Positions 14,042 to 29,280 of a DNA stretch of 64,000 bases are shown piece after piece. Origin of the DNA: Rotaria socialis (lineage: Eukaryota); NCBI GenBank assembly GCA_905331295.1, contig CAJNYD010000423.1:1-64000 (forward strand), read 5' to 3'. The notes beneath the pieces were generated by a model. The model was not told where the DNA came from, searched no databases, and saw only the letters and a program-made list of their open reading frames with translations. A program made the translations under genes and the position numbers. Position 1 is the stretch's first letter; the number at the start of each line of letters is the position of its first letter.

Positions 14042-15331
14042 GTTTGTTGTTTTTGATGTCGGAACTGATGAATTTTTATTCGTTAGACTATTTTATCAAA
14101 ATGAAAAAAAAAGAAAGGCATGAATAAGAAAGAAAAATATATATATATATATAAGTTATTTAAAGAATACTATTTCTCTTAGGAAGAGAAAGAGAATTGT
14201 GAAGCTTCACACTGAAATTGAGCAGAATAACAAAAACTTTTCTTCTCAAATACTGTAAAATATAGTAAAGCGTAATATCGATTAAAGTAAATATATCGTC
14301 AACATATTAATAGCAGCTACGTAGTAGACACTCATTCTGATCTAATCATCGCACAGAGAATTCTTATTAATATTTTTAGAAGACGATAGAATAAAGTTTA
14401 TTCTAATTACCAATTCATATTTGGACGAAATTAATCAGATGATGAAGATCCTGATAATGCAATATGAATAGTTTTTTCTTTTTTGTTTGTATTTTTTACT
14501 TTGCAATGAAAATCAAAATGCAACATAAAACGACCCGTTTATGGACACACATTTGTTTTTATATTATCGCAAAACATGAAAAAAACACTTTTACTGTAGT
14601 GTAGTTCTGCTTTCGTTAAATTTTTCTTTTGTCAATTTTAAATCATTGATCAAGCAGAAACAGCAGTAACAACAACAACAACAACAAAAATTGCTTGAAC
14701 TCTCTCAACGACGCAAAAAGACGATGTGCGAACACACCCACCAACAACATGATGTGAAGAAAGCAATATCTAATATGAATCATAATCAATAATGTTTTTA
14801 GTTCAAACTTCATTCTTTCTTTCTAACAAGAGCTGTAGCAGCAATTCGTTTTCTATTTACTTTAGTTACCTTTTTATAGGCTCTATTTCAAAATATTTCT
14901 TTAGCCTTTCAGTTAATGTAATTCAAGACAGTTCTGAATATAGCAATGAAAGTAGAACAATGCCTTTGCTAATTTCTCATTCTATCATGCATTTAGCATA
15001 TTTTCGATGAAAAGAAGACAAAAAAGCAAAAGCTCTAGAGAATCATATTTCAGTTAAACATATATACTTTTAACTTCTGTCAAATGTCAATTACTTGAAT
15101 TTCGTTAGATGATTTATCATATTATAATGTTTATAATTTTATTTTTGAAATAAGAACAAAAAAAAAGAACATACACAAATTTGTGTGCACAATGAAAAAA
15201 TGACAGACGCCACCATGTTAAATTCGGATCGAAAATGTAAAAAATTCTCCATTATTCGTTTTGCTTTACTTTTCTTAACGGGACAGGTGTGTATATACGT
15301 GTACGTAGTTGCAAGAAAGAAGTTAGAAAGG

Positions 15332-15363
<32 letters not shown>

Positions 15364-15572
15364 GAGTGCGCGTGCACGTGAAGTGTACAACCAACGACAA
15401 TTGCGTATTTATTGCGAGCAAAATAAAACTCCAAAAGAGAGGAATCAATAGCTGCGTTGGCATTAGCTACCCGAGAAGTGCATACAATCAGGGAAGAAGA
15501 CGGAAAAAAAGAAAAGAAAGCTAAGAAAGAATGAGAGGCACTTGTATATTGTCTTTTTTTTGTTGAGTACTT

Positions 15573-17023
15573 TTAGCGAGGATGATAACGACCAATTGCT
15601 TTAAGGTTTTCAACAAATATAACACGTGCTATCTCAGGTCGCCGATCTTCGCCAGCTACCATTGCAGGTACCTTAATTATTAATTGAATAATAAAACAAA
15701 ACGTGAAAATAGAGAAGAAAATATGTTCCCTACAGCATCAGAATGAACAAAAATACATCCAGTTTTATTAAGTTCACCTCGTTTAAGTTCAATTACATGT
15801 TCATTGACACCTCGACATGCATCTTCAATTAATACAGTTCGATAATTATGTTCAACAGCATGCATTGCTGTAGAGGCTAAAATTAAAAATAGCATTAAAA
15901 AACGTGAATATTTAGTTTTTTGACTAGAAAAAAATGCAACATACAAACACAAACATCTGTAGCCAATCCAACAACATAAACATCAGTAACAGAGCGTTCC
16001 TTGAGCTGAGCATCAAGACTTGTTTTACTTAATTTCATATTATCCCAGAATGCTGAATAAGAATCGATTTCTGGATTTGTTCCTTTATAAACGTGTATAG
16101 CATTATCAACGCGTATTAAATCTGGATGTAGGTCCGCACCCGGCGTCTTTTGGATACAGTGAGCTGGCCAAAGTACTTGCTCTATTTTAGGAGCTAAATT
16201 AGGAGCTCCAACAAAAACAACTGTATCAAGTGGATGTGCCTTTTCAGCACTAATCTGAATAGCAAATTTTAAAAAAAAGGTTAATCATATTAGCTTTTAG
16301 TCTTTATTTTTACATACACAACTGTCAGATGACGTTTTTCTCATATGACGATTTTCATAGAATGATATATGATTTAATGGATGCCAATCATATGTGTATG
16401 CTACGACATCAAAATTAACATTACGAATAACTTGATTAATAATAGGAACAACTTCTTCACCTAAATAAAAGAGATTATCATAGGTTTGGTTTTTTTAAAA
16501 GAAAAAAGATAATTTTGATATAAATGAACCTTGGTGATTAGCAGGACAGGAATGAAGAGCTAGCGATCCAGAAATAAAATCATTTTGAACATCGACTATA
16601 ACAAGTGCGCTAATAGGTCTTACAGTCTACGAAAACAAAAATATAAGAGATCAATGAGACATGTGATCTATTTACGTATTTAATCGTCCTTTTCCATGCT
16701 TGTAGAAATTCATCAAGTTCAATTTTTTGATTGCGATTAAAGTCAGTTTCATGAAAATATTCATCAATACTTTCATTTGACATTAAATAGGGTCTTTTTT
16801 TATTAGAAAAGAGTACGTTGAGAAAACGACGAAAATCTTCACGATTCCAAAAACCTTGTCTAGAAAAAAAAAAGAAATATTTTGATTTAAATTCATATTT
16901 AAGTTCTAATGTATGTTACTTTTGGAAATCAAAATATTTAAAACAATTTTCATATTCTTCATCAGAAAAATTGCTCCGTCTTAAAGAAGTAAATGGATCA
17001 TTATCATCAGGTGTAGGTGGCAT
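15573..17023 (-). CDS. Nicotinamidase (isochorismatase family) with N-terminal EF-hand-like region, ~359 aa; exons 17023-16920, 16859-16676, 16626-16530, 16460-16318, 16254-15945, 15876-15734, 15671-15573
   Basis: ALVIVDVQNDFISGSL, DWHPLNHISF, LWPAHCIQ, YKGTNPEIDSYSAFWDN, GLATDVCV, EDACRGV. EF-hand-like FHETDFNRNQKIELDEF, as in invertebrate Naam-type enzymes. Spliced length is 1080 nt. Confidence 0.93.
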
Positions 17024-18269
17024 AGATGACACTAAATGGAAAATGATGATACTAACAGTAAATAATCGAATAGATATATAAAATTTTAAGAAAGTAAAAA
17101 ACAAGCTCGAACCAACCTTTGGTTCCCATGAATAACTCGAAAAAAGAATAATTATTAGATCTCACAATTCGATATTGTTTCTTTTCATTGATATTCAAAA
17201 AGGAATCGGTGATAATAATAAGAACTAAAGTATTACATGAAATGTAAATTTCTTGAATAAATATGTTAAGAAAAATACACATTTCGATCGCAAGTAACTT
17301 TTGTACGTCATTGGTATTTCTAATAATGAGAAGTAAGTGTATAATAATTTTTTCTAGAAGATTTTCCCTGCAGACGTTTCTTTTTTTTCTACGTTTTTTT
17401 AACTGTTATCGGAAAATATTGAGAAATGCAGTAAATAAACGGAAGAGAATAGTAATAGTTATTGTAGTAAATACGACAAGAAAATAATGTTTATAGTAGC
17501 TGACTGACTGCAGTAAAATTGAGCGATGTGAAACAATTAACGGTCTAACGACCGGTAGAAAGACAGATACACATAGAAGAAAAGTGAGCGAACGAGCATA
17601 AGAAAGAAAAAAATAACATTACTCTCATGTGCACTGCTCGATTACCGTTTTTCTTCGGTTTTATTTCCTCACTATTTTAACAATCTTATCGTGTTTATGT
17701 CTTATTGAAGTCTTTTTCTTGTTGTTGTTGTTGTTGACAACATCGTCCAGAGTACTGAAGACTAGTGATTAAAGTAGCCAAATGAGTTGATAAGTATAAA
17801 GCTTTATATTTATGTAAGCTCATATTTGCATGAGAGAACGCATTTGATAAAAAGCAAGATAAGGAAATAAATTTGGCTAATCAAAAATAAAAAAGAAAAG
17901 CTAACGCTTTTGTGTTTCTTTCATACATTTAACATCAGAGTCTTTTACAGTTTTTCTCTTTTACGTGTTCTTTTTTGGCACAAAAAGATCGCTGTATAGA
18001 TTAAAGCATAAGACATATATGTAGCAACTCATCTGTGCGTGTAAAATGTAAGTCTTTGATAAATAGCATACTGTCAAATGTTATCAAAGAATAAATTCTT
18101 CTGTGGATCACTTCTAAGGACATATCTGTACAAATATATCGAAATTGAGTAGTAGAGAACGTGGTCTTATTTGATTTTTCATTATTTTGCATCAACTATC
18201 AAAATAACTATAAACGATTGTGAAGAAAATGGTAAGAGGGAAAACAGAAAAAGAATTGAACGACTAATC

Positions 18270-18506
18270 ATGTCGACACGACTCAAGCGATTACTGATGC
18301 TTTTCATAGATGTCTTCGATAAATTCTTCTATTCAAGTTTGAAAAATTTACAGAATAAAAATACTTTTTACATACAAAGCCAAAATGACTTCGAACACAA
18401 ACTGTTACGTTCGACGACAGAAACTTTTGATTCTGAATTTCGCAAATACCAAGATCCAAAACTTTTTCAAGGAATAGAAATCGACATGTTTCTATGCGCA
18501 GTATGA
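18270..18506 (+). CDS. Possible small hypothetical protein (78 aa)
   Basis: ATG-started ORF MSTRLKRLL...MFLCAV with protein-like composition between the nicotinamidase and GrpE genes. No recognisable motif. Confidence 0.25.
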   Translation: MSTRLKRLLMLFIDVFDKFFYSSLKNLQNKNTFYIQSQNDFEHKLLRSTTETFDSEFRKYQDPKLFQGIEIDMFLCAV

Positions 18507-18742
18507 TCTTCACAATATCAATAAGCAAAACAAATCCTATTTGTTTTTGTATTTGCATAGTCAATTAATGCCATCTTTCGCATAATGTATAACCATGTAA
18601 GGGCGTCCATATTTTACCATTGATCATCTGGTGTTGTTTTTGTTTTGTTGTTGATTTTAAAAAAACGAACTTTTGCTGATGTAAGATATTTTTTATTTTT
18701 AGATATTTCTTTTTAGCTTTATATTCATTTTTCATTGAATAA

Positions 18743-20797
18743 ATGAGTCTGCTCTCTAATTGTTTATTTGTACGGCAAGCGCGTTGTCGTACGAGCCTAT
18801 TTTGTGGATCAACACTTATAAATGTTTCGCGTTTCTCATCAGTATTTAGGTAGCTGTTTAGCTAGTGATATATATTTGATTGATGTTATATTTAATCTAT
18901 ATGTGTTAGTTTAGATATTCGTCTACAAATACAGCCTCGCAGGAACAAAAACAAAGCGAAGCAGCATCACCATCCTCATCGAATGAAACAACAGAAAATA
19001 AATCTCAAACTGAACAAAAATCCGATGTAGACTTAAAGCAACTTCTTGAACAAAATACAAAATTAAATGAAGACGTTAATGAATTCAAGGTAAAACTACT
19101 AAAAAGATGGTAAAATGAAAATTATAAATAATTAAAATCTTACATCTTTAAGGAATAAGTGCAATCTTGCGTAGCAAGTTTTACTGAAACATAAGCTAGT
19201 ATTCCTATATATTTCATTGATATTAGACTGAAAATCAACGTCATTATTATGAGTAAAGATAATGACATTTGGATGAAATGTTTTTTTTGATTGAAGACTA
19301 TAAATGTATTATTAATTTGTTTTTCAGTAATTAGGAACTTCGTATGGTATACAAACACTTTCTAAAATTGACCTATTGTTTTGCAAAAAAGTGAGGCGAG
19401 CTGAAGTATCCTTGACATTTTGTTAGAATTTTGGATTATTCGTTGTCGAAATCATTGAAACTAGTTTTTATAAAAAAAAAAACAGATACAATTTAATTGG
19501 TATGGGTCTTACTTACAGTTATCAGCTTGATTATGAGTCTCATAAGAAATATGTAGCAAAAGCTTCAGCATAAAATATAAAGTTAAAACTTCTAAATCTA
19601 AATGTTTCGCCTCTCAATTGAATGTTAGACTAGAATTAGGATGATATTCTTTTAAGTTCATTTATCTATGTGATGACAAATGCTACACTTTTGCTTTGCA
19701 AAACTATATGAATTACGATCTTTGTTTTAAGATCAAATCGAATATTGATAATGGTTTTTTTTCCGATTAATTGTATAAATTTTTTCTATATATATGAGTT
19801 AGTGACTTTTGAAGTAGCGTTTCTTCTCAGTCTATTTTCGATGGTCAAACATTCGATGATATTTATCACAGTTTTAATAATAAGTTAAAAGATGCATAGT
19901 CATTATTACACTAGTGGTTCAAATATGTGCCTATTTATAATTCACCTCAATCATATTTTTTAATTGAGCTGTAAGTGTGTTTGATGTAGATAATATCGAT
20001 CAAGATTTCTGTTGATCAAAACACGTAACTCTAACATCGGACAGATATAGAATCGACATCAGTAGCCGATTATGATGAATTCAATAGTTCTAATTTTCTT
20101 GATGATCAAATTTTGTTACAGTAATATAGACAAGTCACCACAAAAAAAACAACGATTCTTGCCGAAACTAATTCTTAATTAATAATTTTAATAAAGAAAT
20201 ACGTCTGGATATGAATAAACATTCTTCTTTTTTTACACGAATTGATCTTTTCATTTACATATGAGGGTTTTACGTTTGTTAATAACGCATTTCAAACATT
20301 TGCCTTCTATTTGATTCGTTTATCCTGGAATTGTTGCTTAATTTTTCTTTTCTCTTTTTTAGGATCGTTACAGACGTGCATTAGCTGAAACGGAAAATAC
20401 GCGAGCACGTTTCACTAAACTCGTGAATGACGCAAAAGTATTTGGTATACAAGGCTTTTGTAAAGACTTACTTGAAGTTGCTGATATACTTAATCTAGCA
20501 TTAGTCAATACTCCTAAAGAAGTTTCAACAGATATAAGAACATTAGCAAAAGATTTTACTAATCTTCATCAAGGCCTTGTAATGACTGAAGAAAGAATGC
20601 AAAAAATATTTGCAAAAAATGGGCTCATACAAATAAAGCCTAATGAAGGTGATAAATTCGATCCAAACTTTCACGATGCGTTGTTTCAAGCTAAAATTCC
20701 AGAAAAAACGAGTGGAACAATTATACAAGTCATGAAAACTGGTTATCGCCTCCAAGATCGTGTCATACGTGCTGCACAAGTCGGCGTAGCACAATAA
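18743..20797 (+). CDS. GRPEL1: Mitochondrial GrpE nucleotide-exchange factor, ~238 aa; exons 18743-18849, 18915-19089, 20363-20797
   Basis: Arg/Ser-rich N-terminal transit-like peptide, DRYRRALAETENTR, AKVFGIQGFCKDLLEVADIL, FDPNFHDALF, GYRLQDRVIRAAQVGV. Confidence 0.95.
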
Positions 20798-21322
20798 AAA
20801 AAGTTCACGTAATCAGTAATGATTCATTTGTTGTTGCTGTTTTTTTTGTCAGTTGAAATAAAAATGTTTCGTTATGATAGCCAACCCACGAAAGAAAAAG
20901 AAAACAGAACGGAAGGATGAGTAAACGTTTTTGTTTTCTCTTTTCTAGATTTAATAGCACACATTTATTTTACATCAAAAACAAACACATTACAACGGTA
21001 TTTCTATTGTGTCAACAAGTACGTCGAAAATATTAGAAGTACTGACTATATCGTTCGAGTGAGTCATTTTCTTAGAACGAAAAAAGGTGTCGACATGTTT
21101 TCTTTGTAGCGACTAGTAGCGTCGTTGTACGTTTTTTGCCTGCTTTCCCTTCATATACGTCCTCATACGATCATGAATTACATATAACGTGTATTTCAGA
21201 TCTATTCCCGTAAGTACACATATCTCTTTTCTCCAGAGAAATTATTTTTTTTTATATCGGTTTGTGTTGTTAATATAATTTAGCATTTGCTAATCCGGTG
21301 ATCGTTGTTGTCTGGTCCTTTT

Positions 21323-23782
<2,460 letters not shown>

Positions 23783-23945
23783 AAAAAAACGATTTCATTC
23801 TTTGTTTTTCCTGACATTGTGTGGTGCTTGTATTTCCTAAGTGTACTCAGGATTGTATCTTTTTTCTTCGATCTATGTATAACAACTTGTATATTCTATT
23901 ATGCATTAGTGACAGTTGATATCATACTTGAGTATTGCTTTTAGA

Positions 23946-26900
23946 ATGTCAAAGGTTACGATTGACGATGAATCCAGTCGTTTGAAACAATTCATATGGG
24001 AAGAACTAGATGAACACTTTTTTATTGCAGTGATATTTCGGTGTGTGATTGCTTTCGTTTTCTTAGCTTTTGAGATTAATTTGGAAAAATAAACGCTTCT
24101 TTCTTCTTATTATTGTTATAGTTCAGATCGTCGTTATTTTGTTCAGCGACATTTTGAACAACAATTATTCGATTTAAAATCCTCGTCAATACGAAGTAAA
24201 TGGCGTCGTTGTTTGCTAGAAGTGATTTCAAATTCTTTATCGCCAATTTATATAACATCAAACGAAGTACAGTTGATGCATGAAATATTTTCTTGGCATT
24301 TAAATTATTCAAATAATTATGTTAAACTACGAGATAATATTGATTACTTGATAGATTTTGAAGATTTAATTGGTTGTTATAATTCAATATCATTAGGCGA
24401 CAACAATAATAATAATAATGACACGAAATCATTTATTTTACAACCAGTTACAACATTAGATGCAGCGAGAAAAAATATTGAAATGTGGAAAAATTTACAA
24501 GAGAATATTATAGAAAATACTCCGAACCAGAGTATAGATAAACGGCTCAAACGGAAAAGAACAAAAACACCTAGTAAGATACAAGCTGGTATCATTGATC
24601 TATATTTGTATCCGTTGAGTTTAACTTTCTTTTTATTAGTAATTGAACATTTAGAAAAATCTACTCAATCAAAATGAAGAATAAACTCAATAGATTCTGT
24701 CTTGAGGTTATCCATTAAAAAATAATTTCATTTTTCTTGTCTTGTCTGTTTCTTAAATTCACAAAAACTTCCTCACTGGATGAAATGAAGTCTTTATTGT
24801 CTTGAAGCAAAAGAATCAGATTTTATGAGCTCTATTTGCATAAGAATATTATATGTTACCACACGAAAATAATTAGACATAATTAATTTAAGGGTTACTC
24901 TCGACTCGTCCCCCAATTCAATGGCTACTAATTGGTGACTAATTTCATAAACACAAGATTTTCATCAATCAGCTATTTTATTCAAGAGTAATATAAGGAA
25001 CAAGAAAAAAACAAAAATCATTTAACAAGTTTTGTCTTCAAAACGTGTCCGCATTTAATCGCGAGTTGCATATCAGTGGTCAATCAACCCTTGCGGTCAT
25101 TAGGAGGGAGCTCGAGATTCTCGTCAATAGCATCGTTCGCCTTCTTTCGTTTACGCAATTGAGCGCACACCTTTTCGAACTTGTGATGCTAGTATTCGTG
25201 CTTTTCACACAATAATTCGATAAAGTTGAAGATGTGCGGATGCACAGGGAACTGATATTTGAATCGTCGATTAAGGCCCTCAACGTGGTTCTCCGTGCTT
25301 GGCAAGTCGCCAAACGTCTGGAAGAACGAGATCGGCCAATGGCTTCGGTAACGATGGATAGTTCTTCGATCGACTTCGATACAGTGAAGCATCAACATTC
25401 TCAAATGTAGGAAAGAATAGACCAGTTGCTATACCGAGATGACTGATACGAGCTTTAACGATTTCTTGTGTATAGATTTTGGGGATCGGCGTGGTCTCCT
25501 CTGGTGCACATTTTTTCATATTACCAACTGCTTCGTCGACTAGAGATTTGCCGGAAGACGCTGATTGTTGACAAGTATGAGTAGAGGGCTCGCGAAGAAC
25601 TTTTGCATCGACTGTACAAAGAGAAAGCGTGCTAGTAAAACCACGATCTCGATAATGGTACTCGTTGCTCGTCTTTCGTACACGCTTCTTTGTGTATTGG
25701 TGAGAATTGTAATTTAGTATAAGTTGACCGCGTTCCGAAGATGTGAATAGCAGCATTTCTCAGAGCATACAGAATGTCAGTAGTGAAACTAATACACTAC
25801 TAAGAAAGCACAGCATATATATATATATACAGAGTGCTCTACGCAGTAATCAATTTTCTTATTGATGACTATTATTCATATATTTGTTTTTAATGTTTCT
25901 GTACNATTCTATCCATGTCATCCTTCAAAAAAAAATTCATTGGCAGTTAAATGAATGATTTTTGACACAAAATACATCGATAGACGCAATCGAATTTCTC
26001 TTCCATGCTGTATGTTTTTCATTTATTGTGATACTAATGAGATAATAGATACTAATCGTTTCTATGAGCATTTTCAAGATAAGAAGCTACTATATTAAGT
26101 ATGATCTCTCAACATTCTTATATATATATTTAGATGGAATAGAGCTAGGGATATAAAAGATATGATCTCTATTCTATAAGTTTAATTTTGTTTTGTGATA
26201 TTTATCAAGATTTTATTATAGTTCATAGGAGATTCTGAAAGTTGCTTATCAACATCGATATATTTACGCCAACGTTTCATCAACGATCATGGTCTTTTTT
26301 TTTGTTTTTTATCTAATATTAAGCGGAAAAACACTCGAATAATGAAAAATCTGAAGACAGGGGTAGTCAAGAAATTAGATTGCGTCTATCGATGTATTTT
26401 GTGTCAAAAATCATTCATTTAACTGCCAATGAATTTTTTTTTGAAGGATGACATGGATAGAATCTATTTTGCTTTTGTCAATACCGATAAAATATATTTC
26501 TTTGACATTTCAAGATATTCATGTCGCTTGAATGCTTTATCCTTAAAAATCTTATCAGTCGATGATTTGTTTCTTTATCATTTCACAATATGTATTGATC
26601 TTAGTGGAATTTCCGATAGTCTCGATACTACTAATAAATGAATTATTTATCGATCAAAATCAGAAATTTTATTTTTTGTTCATAGAATCGAAAATAGAAA
26701 CGCTCGATAGATTCTAAAAGGAAAATATCATTGCCATTTTATTTGGTCTTCACGCATGAATATTAAACATGCCTAGAGCTTAACATCATAGCGTTATTTT
26801 GATTAGATCCTCAGTGAGTACAATGCATATTTCCGGGTGTAAATATAATAATATTGATGTACTTGAGTTTTGAGAACGATTATTATTCGAACAATACTTC

Positions 26901-29280
26901 TTATAGTTTTGTTGGTCTCATGAAAATATCCGGTAGAAAATTATTTCCCGTTATGGTAGATGGTGTTGCTGTAAGATTACTTTTTTCGAAAAAAGTGTTT
27001 ACCAAAATATCTCTTATAGATTAATTCAATAATGTTCAAATTGGATTATGGAGATAATGATTTAAATTCTAGTCTGTAAAGAATAGAGCTAATGATTGAT
27101 CTGATAGCGAACGTAAACTTAAAATATTTGTCCTGGAAGTAATTCGCCTAATTTTGCTTCGATGACTATCGAAACACTTGATTGTTATGGACAATTTCGG
27201 TAAATGAATTGGAGTTGTTTGTACTAGATGTTTTCTTCTATCAGATTGCATTAAAATAGGCGAACAATTACGTTTCTATACATTAATAATGTTATAAAAT
27301 TTAACTATCTCATAGAGGTCTATTCCGAGAACAATAAAATTGAAAGCATTGGTAGTACTTTTAGAATAATTTAATCATTGATATATTAAGAAAAAATATT
27401 CATTAAGAGAAATTTCTCTTACGAGAGTAGTAAACTTCATGAATTCGAATTGATTAAGCAAAACAAATACGAGAAAATTTCGATCTTAACGAACTGATAA
27501 AATTCTTATTTTTCTGACAAAATTGAATTTTAAAGTCTGTAAGGTTAATTTGAACTCCCAACTTTAGAAAATATTATTTTCAATCTCTACTAATTGCAAT
27601 GAACTTTCAATCTACTTTTCGTTTTGAATTAAGTTCTCATGTTTTTACAGTTACTTAGTAGATCGAAAATAATCAAGTTTAAAGGCTTTTCATCAAAAAT
27701 AAATGTTAGATGATCCTTCGAAAATGATTTCCTTTGTATAGTAACTAAATTATGTTGCTTAAGTAATACACTAACGATGCTTGTCTAATGTATTTTAAAT
27801 GACACAAATTCTACATTTCAATTATTTCGCACGCTCTTCAAATTAAGAGTAAAAACGAATAAGAATATTATATGTCTGTAATGACATCCGAAATTATTGA
27901 ATCAGGTTTACTTTAATTTTTTCCTGCTACTGTGAATGCTAAAGAGGATGCAAAAAGTGATATATTGTTAGAGAATTTTATGTAAAATATGAATTTTTGT
28001 GCATTAAACTCATAAATAGCTTTTCAAAGATAGAGTACTTGAAAAATTTGAATAGAATTTCCTTCATTATTATATTATCGCCTGTATTGCTTGGAATCAT
28101 GTAACAAACAATTTTCTACAAAATAAAATGCTTTTCAGTTCTCTAAACCACTTTCGAATAAAAGAACGAGGGCCTGCAGAATACCTAACAAGTAATATTC
28201 AACATTTTAAGAACTCACAAGCGTTGTATTCTTTAAGTATGGACTTCTTCAAAACATCACAGAAATTCTGAATTCTGCCTGATAGACATTCTGCAACTGT
28301 AGGAGATAATACGTTAAATAGAATAGTGTAAATATCTTAATATATTCAACAACTATATAGTTTTCTATTTAATTCTAGTATTGAATACTACAACTACTCT
28401 TCTTCCTGCTTCTTCTTCTCCTTCTTCTGCTTCTTCGACTACTACTACTACTGAATCATCTTTCCAATTCGATCGTTCTTCATCAACTGGTTGGATTCAA
28501 TTAGATTCTAAAATAGTACCATTTATAAAAAACCACTGCGATCGTTTACTTCCAGTCGAATATCTTTTGAAAGAACATATAATCACTTCATCAGAAGACT
28601 TTTCTTTACGTTCATTATATATTCCAGTAAATAATGATGATATTCATACATTTAATAGTTTAATTCAACAATCATCATCATCGAATTTTACATTAACAAA
28701 CCATTCATGGCTAATTACACTTGATCACTTAATATTTCGTTTAAAACGATTGTTTTTTATTCGTTTCATCTCATCACCAACTAATGTTGATTATATTGAT
28801 TATAATCAAGTTGTGTCATTTAATGGTGGTCTATTAACATTGAATAACAGTGAAAAACAACATATCCCATTTATTTATATAAATAAACGAAAATATATTC
28901 CACAAATAAATTCTATGAATTTTTCATCAGTATCTACTTTTTGTATGGCAAATAAATATGAATTAGAATATTTACGTTTGATAACATTATATGATTATTT
29001 ATCAACCGATGAACAAAATGATTATAGCATAAGTTTATTCTCAACAAATAATTTAACATTAATACCAATTGATGGTTATTATGAAGAAAAAATTCTAACA
29101 ATAATATCATTAAACGATTTTCAATATCATGAATGTCAAAGACGCTTAAAACAACAAAAATCTCTTATTTATTTAGAAGATAATCAACCACTATCAAGTG
29201 GATGGTGGCAACCTCCGGTTTCATCATCAAAACAAAAAAGTCTATCACAATTCAAATTGCAACGGCCTATTTTTTTTTAA
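23946..29280 (+). CDS. Uncharacterised protein, ~487 aa; exons 23946-24040, 24122-24588, 28379-29280 (alternative short last exon 24640-24677)
   Basis: GT-AG joins keep one frame (phase 2, then phase 1; 1464 nt). Three internally similar segments: [52 protein letters not shown]. Confidence 0.65.
24892..25904 (-). mobile_element. Internally deleted MULE (Mutator-like) element with FLYWCH and C-terminal transposase remnants
   Basis: ORF 25756-25280 starts with a FLYWCH-like segment ([15 protein letters not shown]...HTC). Another frame gives [24 protein letters not shown], a MULE C-terminal motif. The DDE core is absent. GC is higher than the flanks. Putative TIR starts gggttactctcgactcgtccc at 24892. 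The other end is not seen before the N at 25905. Confidence 0.75.

Noticed and set aside
25906..26463. Perfect 86-bp inverted repeat (25906-25991 / 26378-26463)
   Set aside because: It begins exactly at the N at 25905 and has no TSD; more likely a mis-oriented contig end than a MITE.
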